Position numbers and translations under genes: made by a program
Notes under the pieces: model-generated
Told to the model about the DNA's origin: nothing
The model's database searches: none
The model's input: the letters and a program-made list of their open reading frames with translations, nothing else
In this document: in pieces, positions 51,600 through 60,917 of the stretch
Layout: every line of letters starts with the position of its first letter
Position numbering within the stretch: position 1 is the stretch's first letter
From: Mustelus asterias
Lineage: Eukaryota
Direction: 5' to 3'
Assembly: GCF_964213995.1 (NCBI RefSeq)
Contig: NW_027590122.1
Location: 1,922,001-1,986,000, forward strand
Length of the DNA stretch: 64,000 bases

Positions 51600-52200
51600 A
51601 AATATCATCAGAATTAGGAGCATGAGGAGGCCATTCGACCCATCAAGGTTGCTCTGCGATTCAATAAACTCATGGCTCATCTGATCAACAAGATGCTGGA
51701 AAATGTCAGGTGTAACAGCATCTGTGGAGAGAGAATAGAGCTAAAGTTTCAAGTCTGGATGACCCTTCGTCAGAGCTCATATGCTCATTGTCATAACTCA
51801 GTTTTCCTCCAGCCTCTCTCACCCTTAACTCCCTTGGAGGTGAAACTCCCGGTGCAAACACAGCCTTGAATATACTCAATGACCAGTCTCCACTGCCCAC
51901 TGGGGGAGAGAACTCCACGGGCTACTGGCCATCTGAGAGATGCAATTGCTCCTCATCTCTGTCCCTTTTTTTAAACTGTCCCTCCAATTTTTGATTCCCT
52001 TTTGAGGGGAAACATTCTTTCAGCACTTACCCTATCAAGCACCCTCAGAATCATATATGCTTCAGTTAGATCTCCTCTCATTTATCTAAAATCCAATGAG
52101 TATCGACGCACCCTGTTAACCTTTCCTTAATAAACAAACTTCTTTATGCCAGGAATTATCTTAGTGGATCTTGTCTGAACTGCAACCTATGTCAGCATTT
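51600..52200 (-). mobile_element. Degraded CR1 3' portion with a nested Penelope family-B fragment (about 51690-51780)
   Basis: CR1 3'UTR motifs; nested GATGCTGGAAA...AGCATCTGTGGAG. Confidence 0.65.
51738..51778 (-). ncRNA. Minimal hammerhead ribozyme (family B), near intact
   Basis: GAGCU-CUGACGA-A-GGGUC-AUCCA-GACUU-GAA-ACUU-U-AGCUC; 5-bp stem I; stem III ACUU is probably a decayed palindromic ACGU. Confidence 0.6.
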
Positions 52201-52249
52201 CAATCTTAAATAATCCTATGCTAGGAAACAGAAGGAGAGGATGTTATGA

Positions 52250-52790
52250 ATTTATATTCTGGACTAACTAATGGATTTTGGAAACTCCTTTTACGGTTAG
52301 AAGGGGAGGATTTATACACAGCAATCTCAAACCAAGAAAAATATTTATCTCTTAATCTCTAACCACTGTTGACACATGACTCTTGTAATCTCCATTCGCA
52401 GGGAATTAGAAGATTTGAAGACTGCAATTGTTCTCCGACTCCAGTGCTTCTGGCATCTTTCCAGCTGCAGGTTCCAGCAGGAGGTTTTAAATTTGAGAAC
52501 AGTGAAATTGTTCCAGAGGTGAGTATTATTGTGCATTCATCTACAGTTTAGAGTTTTTAGTGCTTTGCTCTGTTGTCTGAGAGAGGTTCCATGGCTCTGG
52601 GACTGGTGTGATTCACCAGCGAGTTCACACTGGGGGGAGGCTGTTCACCTGCATTGTGTGTGGGAAGGGATTCAGTCAGTCATCCACCTGCTGAGACACC
52701 AGCGAGTTCACAAGTGGTTACAGGGATTGGATTTTGCTGTTTTGCTGCTGTTAATCACATTCAAGATTGAACCATGTTCATTCATCTGAA
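52250..52790 (+). pseudogene. ZNF remnant: acceptor block, one decayed finger and 3'UTR
   Basis: CACCAGCGAGTTCACACTGGGG...CACCAGCGAGTTCACAAG at 52614-52714. Confidence 0.7.
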
Positions 52791-53236
52791 TCATCGATGC
52801 AGATTTGATGGGCTGAATAGTCTCTTTCTGCACTGTAGGGGTTCCACGGATTCTTAAAATTCTGTCCGAATTGAAGATAATTTCACTATTTCTGATTTCC
52901 GTCCATCTGGAGATAAATTCCACTCCTTTGTGAGCATTTTGATTGATTTGCTGGCTCGCAATGATGTTTCAAATTCATTATTCACTCTAAACCAGTGAGG
53001 AAAGAGTGTTCCACAGCAACTAGAATTGTCTGTTCTCAGTTTCTGAGCTGTACTGACTGTGATGACATTTGTAAACTCCTTTTACAGGATATTAAAAGGG
53101 GAGGATTTGCCAGAAGAAATCTCAAACGAAACTTCACGTCAAGCTCTGACAGAGTCACTCGTTCGGACGGGGAAAATCATCGCCCATTTTACCATCAGAG
53201 TGACAGGAAAAGCACCAAGACGCAGACACTCACACC

Positions 53237-54169
53237 ATGGGAAAACCGTGGAAATGTGGGGATTGTGGAAAGGGATTCAGATCCCCATCTGAGCTGGAAA
53301 CACATCGACGCAGTCACACTGGGGAGAGGCCATTCACCTGCTATCAGTGTGGGAAGAGATTTACTAATTCATCAGACCTGCTCACACACCAGCGAGTTCA
53401 CACTGGGGAGAGGCCATTCACCTGCTCTGATTGTGGGAAGAAATTTAGTATTTCATCCAATCTAGTGAGACACCGTCGAGTTCACTCTGGGGAGAGACCA
53501 TTCACCTGCTCAGTGTGTGGAAAAAGATGCAGAGATTCATCCACCCTGCTGGTACACCAGCAAGTTCACACCAAGGAGAGGCTGTTCACTTGTTCTGAGT
53601 GTGGGAAGGGATTCACTCGGTTATCCAGTCTGCAGAGACACCATCGCGTTCACACTGGGGAGAGACCATTCACCTGCTCAGAGTGTGGGAAAGGATTCAG
53701 AGATTCATCTGACCTGCTGGCACATCACCGAGTTCACACTGGGGAGAGGCCATTCATCTGCTCCGTGTGTGGGAAAGGATTTGGAGATTCCTCCACCCTG
53801 CTGACACACCAACGAGTTCACACTGGGGAGAGGCCGTTCACCTGCTCCAATTGTGGGAGGGGATTCAGTCAGTTAGCCAATCTGCTGAGACACCAGCAAA
53901 TTCACAGCGGGGACAGGGAGAGGCCTTTCACCTGCTCGGAGTGTGAGAAGCGATTCAGTGATTTACCTACCCTGCTGACACACCAGCGGGTTCACACTGG
54001 GGAGAAGCCATTTACCTGCTCTCAGTGTGGGAAGGGATTCAATCGGTCATCGAACCTGCAGACACACCAGCGAGTTCACACTGGGGAGAGACCATTCACC
54101 TGCTCTGACTGTGGGAAGGGATTCACTCAGTCATCCCACCTGCTGAGACACCAGCGAGTTCACAAGTGA
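53237..54169 (+). CDS. C2H2 zinc-finger protein, 11 fingers
   Basis: Intact 310-aa [13 protein letters not shown]...HQRVHK. Confidence 0.92.
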   Translation: MGKPWKCGDCGKGFRSPSELETHRRSHTGERPFTCYQCGKRFTNSSDLLTHQRVHTGERPFTCSDCGKKFSISSNLVRHRRVHSGERPFTCSVCGKRCRDSSTLLVHQQVHTKERLFTCSECGKGFTRLSSLQRHHRVHTGERPFTCSECGKGFRDSSDLLAHHRVHTGERPFICSVCGKGFGDSSTLLTHQRVHTGERPFTCSNCGRGFSQLANLLRHQQIHSGDRERPFTCSECEKRFSDLPTLLTHQRVHTGEKPFTCSQCGKGFNRSSNLQTHQRVHTGERPFTCSDCGKGFTQSSHLLRHQRVHK

Positions 54170-54370
54170 TGACTGGGGTTGTATTCTGCTCTTATTGCTG
54201 CTGTTAATCACATCCGGGACTGAACCATGTTCATTCTGACAGATGGTGAAGTGGGAGGGTCAGAGGGTTTCTTGCTGCTGGACTGGCCGGTCTCTCAATT
54301 TTCATTCCAGTGGCTGATTCCATTTGAACGAGGGCACATTTCCACTGAAATGATCCACAAAAACAGATGT

Positions 54371-54612
54371 CAGATGAGACTGAGATGAGGAAAAAATTCT
54401 TAACTCAAAGGGTAGTGAACTTGTGGAATTCTCCACCACAGAAGGCTGTGGAATCCCAATCACTGAATATGTTCAAGGAAGAGATGGATTTTATTTTAGA
54501 TTTTAATGGCTTCAAGCGGTGTGGGGAGAATATGGTATTGAGATTGAGGATCAGCCATGATCATATTGAATGGTGGAGCAGACTCGAATGGCCTGCTCCT
54601 AGTTTCTATATA
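54371..54612 (+). mobile_element. CR1 3' fragment in the ZNF 3'UTR
   Basis: FLTQRVVNLWNS; absent from the paralogous site near 12225. Confidence 0.85.
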
Positions 54613-54944
54613 GAGTACATTAACTTTATCCTGGATAATAAATAGTCTTTTTCCTCCCACTACAGGTGTCTTGTCTTTTATCCGTCCTCGTTCTGAGGGT
54701 TGGCCGCGCTCTGAACAATCTTTCTCCACTGATTTCTCAGCTGCTCTCACTGCCTGTCCCATCGAGAGGCCAGTCCACATTCCGATACTATCCACACATC
54801 TCGGGCCTTCCTTGTACACATTTTCCAGGAGTTTTATCTCACATTGGTCAATTAAAAATGCCTTTCACCAGGATGCTGTATCGCAAGTCTTTGTATTAAC
54901 TAAAGATTTGGCAATACTTTGTCTCTGAAAGAAACCCCGTAACA

Positions 54945-55137
54945 GCCCTGAACATCACTGGCCTTTGAATGTGGAAGGAGCAATGTTACGTCTATTCTGT
55001 CCATGGGATAAGATTTCAGATATAATTGTGACTGGAAAAGCACCGAGACACACACACACCCGAGTGAGAGTGTTCCAGTGAACTGAGTGTGGAAAGAGCT
55101 TTAACCAGTTACACAGCCTGAAAATACATCACACTAT
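54945..55137 (+). pseudogene. Orphan ZNF leader (fossil-finger) fragment
   Basis: GCCTTTGAATGTGGAAGGAG...GTGTTCCAGTGAACTGAGTGTGGAAAGAGC. Confidence 0.75.
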
Positions 55138-55496
55138 AGGGTAAGTAGATGGGAACGTGGGAATGATAAAGTATAATTTGGGGAAAAAGATTATCCGCAT
55201 TGTTGGGAAGAATAGAAAATCAGCATTTTATTGAAATAGAGAGGCTGCAGAATTCCACAGTGGTCTCCTTGATGAGGGATATACTCAGCATGACCACTGT
55301 GACTGTGTCCTGTCGATGTACAGCTGCATTGCAGGGTCAGGATCATCTCTGAAGGAGCTGCCGGTTAGTCCCTTTTCCTCAGAGCCTTCACTACAATTAG
55401 AGAACGATGACAGCAAATAAAGAGGTCATTCAGCCCATCGTGTTCACACCCACACCAGCTTTCTGAGAGAGTGACGCAGCCAGTCCCACTCCCCAA

Positions 55497-55762
55497 CCTC
55501 TCCCTCGTTACTCCCCGGCCTCTCCCTCGTTACTCCCCGGCCTCTCCCTCGATCACACCCCGGCCTCACCCTCACTCCCTCCCTGGCCTCTCCCTCGATC
55601 CCTCCCTGGACTCTCCCTCGGTCACTCCCCGGCCTCTCCCTCGGTCACTCCCCGGCCTCACCCTCGATCCCTCCCTGGCCTCTCCCTCGATCCCTCCCTG
55701 GCCTCTCCCTCGATCCCTCCCTGGCCTCACCCTCTATCCCTCCCTGGCCTCTCCCTCGGTCA
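55497..55762. repeat. C-rich 22-bp minisatellite, about 12 copies
   Basis: Variants of TCCCTCGTTACTCCCCGGCCTC and TCCCTCGATCCCTCCCTGGCCTC. Confidence 0.9.
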
Positions 55763-55799
55763 GTGCACAGTCTTTCTCTCGTAACCCTGAACATTTTTT

Positions 55800-56240
55800 T
55801 TTCTCTTCAGATAATTATCCAGTTGTGTTTTGAAATCTTGTTTGAACCTTCCTCCTCCCCACACTGGGTCAGTGCACGCCAGGTTCTAACCACTCACTCT
55901 GGAAACGGGATTTCCTCAAATCACCATTGCTTATTTCACAAATCACCTTTAATTTGTGTCCTCTGCTTCTTAACCTTTTTGCCAATCAGAATAGTTTCTT
56001 CCGATCTACTCTGTCCAAATCCCTCTTGATTTTGAATATTTCTATCGAATCTCCTCTTCTCTATAGAGATCAGCCCCAGCTTTGCCAATCTACCCTCATA
56101 ACTGAAGTTTCTCATCCCTGGAACCAGTCTCATGATTTTTTTCTGCATCCTCTACAATGTCTTCACCTCCTTCCTGTAGCGATCTATCCGGAGTTGGCCA
56201 CAATGCTCCAGTTGAGGCTGAACCAATGTTTTATTCTGGT
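55800..56240 (-). mobile_element. Degraded CR1 fragment (another at about 57050-57470)
   Basis: MRLVPGMRNFSYEGRLAKLGL. Confidence 0.7.
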
Positions 56241-57541
56241 TCATCACAACTTCCTTTGTTATTCTCGGGAATTTGGACATCAGCCTTTCTCCTGTCAATA
56301 TACAGCTGCCTTATGGGGTTGTAGTCACACATTTGAAAGAGCTGCCCATCAGCCCCACTCCCCTCCCCTTTCTCCAGAGCCCTGCTAACTTTACCTTCAA
56401 CTGGAGATCCAATTCACTTCAGAAAGATGTATCTGAATCTGCTTCCATCCCCTTTCAGGCAGAACATTCCAGAACAAAATTAATTGAGAAATGAATGCCC
56501 CCAGTGGATTTTTCCCAATTATTTGATGCTACGTATTTAATTGTTGATCTTCTGTTTAATACATTTCCAGAGCAGATTTAAGGGAAAATGTTCATGACAT
56601 CTTAGAGATGAACCACACGAAACACTGTCTGTTTGAAACAAAGCTGATTTATTTGATGTATTAAAATATTAAACTCCAGCCACATTACAGGAGTTAACAT
56701 CAGCAAAATAAAAGCCAGAATTAATGTGATTCAATCCTAAATATGATCAACAGCAGCAACAAAAGCAGAATCCAACTCCTCTAGAGACACTGTCTGAGAG
56801 TCAGTGCAGACTCGATGGGCTGAATGGCCTCCTTCTGCACTGTAGGGATTCTATGAAAAGTAAAGTCAAGATTAAAATAAATAAAGATTCTCCAGCTAGT
56901 CACTAATCAGCCTTTTCCATTTTTCTGAAGTCACCTTATAATTATTTATCTCCTAAATTTGATGAATTAAACATAATCTGCAATTATATGATAAATGATC
57001 AGTTTTATACAAATTAATGAATCATGTCTTACTTTATAGTTGGATAATGCAGTGACCAGAACTGTGCTCAGTATTCTAGCTGTGTTCTAACTCGTCTTTT
57101 ATCAGTTCTAACGTAATCTCCCTGCTCTTATATTCCAGGCCTCAGACAGGAAAGTGTCCCAAATGCCTTCTTGACCATCTGATCTCCATGTGCAGCCATC
57201 TTCAGGGATCAGTGGATATGCACTCCAAAGTCCCTCTGTTCCTCTATAATTCTCAACATCATCCCATGTATTGTTCATTCCCTTGTCTTGTTTACTCTCC
57301 CAAATTCAATCTCTCTCATTGATCCAGATTGAATTCTACTTGCTATTTTTGTGTTGACTCACCCCCCCAGTCCATTAATATCTTCCTGCTGTCCACAGCT
57401 TTATTCCTCATTGTCAACCATGGGAGAAACTTTTGTATCAGATGCAAACTTAGTAATCATTTTCCACACAGTTGAGCCGAAATTATTGACACATACCAGA
57501 AAACTGTGGAACACCACTGGAAACAGGCATCTTGGCATCAT

Positions 57542-58678
57542 TCAGTCCTGGGTGTGATGAACAGCAGAATCCAACCCCTGCTGTTGCCTGTGAACTTGCT
57601 GGTGTTTCAGCAGGTTGTTTGACTGAGCGAATCCCTTCCCACACATGGAGCAGTTGAACGGCCTTTCCCCAGTGTGAACTCGCTGGTGTTTCAGCAGATT
57701 CTGTTTACTTTTAAATCTCTTCTCACAATCAGAACATTCAAAAGGTCTCTGATCAGTGTGAACAAGTTGGTGTGTAGTCAGGTGGGATGACTGAGTGAAT
57801 CTCTTGCCGCACAGGGGGCAAGTGTAAGGTCTCTCTCCAGTGTGAACTCGCCGGTGTATCAGAAGGTCAGATGCATCAATGAATTCCTGACAACACACAG
57901 GGCAGGTGAACGGCCTCTCCCCAGTGTGAACTCGATGGTGTCTCAGAAGGTGGGCTAACCGAGTGAATCCCTTCCCACAGAGAGAGCAGGTGAATGGCCT
58001 CTCTCCAGTGTGAGTGTGCTGGTGTTTCAGAAGATCCTTTTTGCTTTTAAATGTTTTATCACATTCAGGACAATTGAAAGGTCTCTGATCAGTGTGAACA
58101 AATCGGTGTTTCAGGAGCTGGGATGAACAAGTGAATCCCTTCCCACACACGGAGCAGATGAACGGCCTCTCCCCAGTGTGAGTGCGTTGGTGAATCAGTA
58201 AATCCTTTTTACTTTTAAAGTTCTTCTCACACTCACAACATTTAAATGGTCTCTGATCAGTGTGAACACTTTGGTGTGTCAGGAGGTGGGATGACTGAGT
58301 GAATCCCTTACCACACATGTTGCAGATGAATGGCCTCTCCCCAGTGTGAGTGCGTTGGTGAATCAACAAATCCTTTCTGCTTTTAAAGCTCTTCTCACAA
58401 TCAGAACATTGAAACGGTCTCTGATCAGAGTGAACCTGGTGGTGAGTCCGGAGGTTTGATAAAGCATTAAATCCCTTCCCACATTGAAGACAGGTGAATG
58501 GCCTCTCACCAGTATGGACATGCTGGTGTGTGTACAGGCTGGATGACTGAGTGAATCCCTTCCCACACACAGAGCAGGTGAACGGCCTCTCCCCAGTGTG
58601 AATACGTCGATGGGTTTCCAACTCAGATGGGTAATTGAATCCCGTCCCACAGTCCGCACATTTCCACGGTTTCTCCAT
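57542..58678 (-). CDS. C2H2 zinc-finger protein, 13 fingers
   Basis: Intact 378-aa [13 protein letters not shown]...; alternating two-finger repeat. Confidence 0.92.
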   Translation of the reverse strand: MEKPWKCADCGTGFNYPSELETHRRIHTGERPFTCSVCGKGFTQSSSLYTHQHVHTGERPFTCLQCGKGFNALSNLRTHHQVHSDQRPFQCSDCEKSFKSRKDLLIHQRTHTGERPFICNMCGKGFTQSSHLLTHQSVHTDQRPFKCCECEKNFKSKKDLLIHQRTHTGERPFICSVCGKGFTCSSQLLKHRFVHTDQRPFNCPECDKTFKSKKDLLKHQHTHTGERPFTCSLCGKGFTRLAHLLRHHRVHTGERPFTCPVCCQEFIDASDLLIHRRVHTGERPYTCPLCGKRFTQSSHLTTHQLVHTDQRPFECSDCEKRFKSKQNLLKHQRVHTGERPFNCSMCGKGFAQSNNLLKHQQVHRQQQGLDSAVHHTQD

Positions 58679-58679
58679 G

Positions 58680-58804
58680 ATTATTGACAGGCTATCGGGT
58701 GTAGGCGGGATGCAGATTTGAGCTCACTATCAGATCAGCCATGATGTTATTAAATGGCGGAACTGGCCTGTGGGGCCGAATGGCCTATTGCTGCTCCTTG
58801 TTCA
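58680..58804 (+). mobile_element. CR1 3'UTR fragment inserted at the ZNF start codon
   Basis: AGATCAGCCATGAT..GGCCGAATGGCCTA motif; CATG duplicated at 58676-58679 and 58805-58808. Confidence 0.8.
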
Positions 58805-59726
58805 CATGGTGCAGGTGTCCTCCTGTCTCTCCAGGTTATATAATCAGTTGAAACCAGGTCCACACACAGAACACGAGTACGGTGTCTACCTGATGTAAAT
58901 GTGCTATTTCTTTTCACGCTGTGTGACTGGTTAAAGCTCTGTTCCAGCTGACTGTGGAAAAATAACTGAGATGTCTGTGTCTCGGGGCTTTTCCAGTCAC
59001 ACTGATGTTGAATAATTCCACATTCATAGGCCTTTGATATTCAGATCCTGAAGAATCATGTGACACTGTCAGATCCTGAGACCTTTGGTTTGAATCGGCC
59101 GTCTGCAGATATTCTGGAAAAGGAGTTTACATTGAATTACTTTGAATACACAAGACACAAACAAGCCATTCAGTTTAATTCTTTATACTTGACACATCTT
59201 CTCCTGTCCCACAGACCTCATCTCAGCCTTTCAGTTGATTTTTCTATTTCTTTTTCTCTTGTGTGTTTCTCCCATTTCCTTTTGAAACAATCTCAGCACT
59301 TTCCTCAACTCATTTCTATGGTAATTCTAAACCTGTGAGTGAAGAAATTTGTCCGTATTGCTTCTTGGATTTATTGGTAACTATCTTGTATTTATGACTC
59401 TGTTTATTGATCGTTCCTTCTTTTAGACTCTGTCACAAGTGGAACATTCTCTCCACATTTCCCCTGTCCAAGCCACTAATAATTTGAAAGACTTTTATCA
59501 GGTCACTGCTCGATAGGAAAAAACTTCAATCCATTTAATCTTTCCTGAAAGCTATAATCTCTGTTTACAAAAATCATCACAGTCAATGCAGAACAGAAAT
59601 CACAGAGAGACAAACATTTCTCTTGGGGTTGAGTTCTCTGTGTAAATCGTCAACTTGTAACAATGTGTAAAAGCAGTTTTCAAACATCTCAGTGTCAGTC
59701 CACAATAGAAATGCTGAACAGACAAT

Positions 59727-60125
59727 TCTCTTTCCTCCACTCTCAGTTTTCTCCCTCCCTCTCCTCTGTCTGGGTTCAGTTCTCCAGCTCCTGTCTGCAG
59801 ACTGACAATAAAACCAATGGGTCTTATTGGGGGTGTTGGGGCCTCCAGCGGGTGTTTGTGAATCCTCCCCGCCCACCTCCCAGGGTTTCCTTCCTTCCCA
59901 GAGATCAGAGTCCTCATTGATTTGAGGACAAAGTGTAACCTCTTATTTATTGTCCCCCTCCCCCATCCTCTGATGTGAACCATCCTCCAGTGGCTGAGCC
60001 AGGATGGGGCCGTTAACCTGGGCCTGTTCCCGGGAGGGAGGGAGAAGCCCCGCAGCTGCAAACCAGGAGCTAACAATGATTCTGAAGGGTTTGTGGATCC
60101 ACAAAGTGTTTCCAAATCCTCCCAG
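59727..60125 (-). repeat. Inverted near-identical copy of 40425-40825 (exon-1/intron module)
   Basis: The spurious ORFs 59600-60208 and 40206-40982 share long identical peptide stretches. Confidence 0.9.
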
Positions 60126-60232
60126 ATGTCCAGCCGCCTGCGGTAAAGCCAGGGCCTGTTTCCTGGGCCAGAAGTTGGTGCTGTTTCCAGTGCAGCCGTG
60201 GTTTCCATTCCTACCCTGTGCTCATAATCTCC

Positions 60233-60575
60233 GTAAGAAGTTTAACAACACCAGGTTAAAGTCCAACAGGTTTATTTGGTGGCTTTTGCTACCAAATAAA
60301 CCTGTTGGACTTTAACCTGGTGCTGTTAAACATCTTACTGTGTTTACCCCAGTCCAACGCCGGCATCTCCACATCATAATCTCCCCCAGAACCCTCCCCA
60401 ATACCATGATTGACACTGAGCATGCTCAGAGCGCACACCCACACCACCTGATGTGGAGATGCCGGTGTTGGACTGGGTGAGTCACCTGATAAAGGGGCGG
60501 AGCTCCGAAAGCTCGTGATTCCAAATAAACCTGTTAGATGTGAACCTGGTGTTGTGACTTCTGACTGTGCTCACC
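60233..60575. mobile_element. Two Penelope family-A fragments: a hairpin at 60233-60375 and a copy with a mutated hammerhead at 60483-60517
   Basis: About 50-bp inverted arms; CAC-CTGATAA-A-GGGGC-GGA-GCTCC-GAA-AGCT-C-GTG. Confidence 0.8.
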
Positions 60576-60577
60576 AC

Positions 60578-60828
60578 ACCTGCGCAGTGCGTTCCCAGGC
60601 TCCCCAGCGCCATATCATCTTTGCGCATGCTCCACTCCCAGCCTGGACTCGCCCCTCATTCACTCCGATTGGTTGGAGGACCAGCCACTCCCGCTCGGTC
60701 CTCCAGCCGCGCCCCCTCTTCCTATTGGTCCGGAGCTGCCGTCAATCAGTCCCCGGGCATTGTGATGTGGAGCATGCGCAGTGTCATTGCTGTCCTTGGC
60801 GCTTGTTTGTCCCGGAGAAGCGGAGTCA
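60578..60828 (+). promoter_or_regulatory. CCAAT/GC/NRF1 promoter module, cut by the CR1 insertion
   Basis: Near-identical to 40225-40410 up to GGAGTCA. Confidence 0.75.
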
Positions 60829-60917
60829 TAGAACATAGAACATTACAGCGCAGAACAGGCCCTTCGGCCCACGATGTTGCACCGACCAGTTAAAAAAAAA
60901 AACTGTGACCCTCCAAC

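Noticed and set aside
53058-53152. C/D-box snoRNA (GTGATGA ... CTGA) in the conserved acceptor block
   Set aside because: It spans a probable splice acceptor; the boxes are not kept in all paralogs; the upstream CTGAC is better explained as a branch point
55471-55833. Proline-rich 120-aa ORF
   Set aside because: Translation of the 22-bp minisatellite
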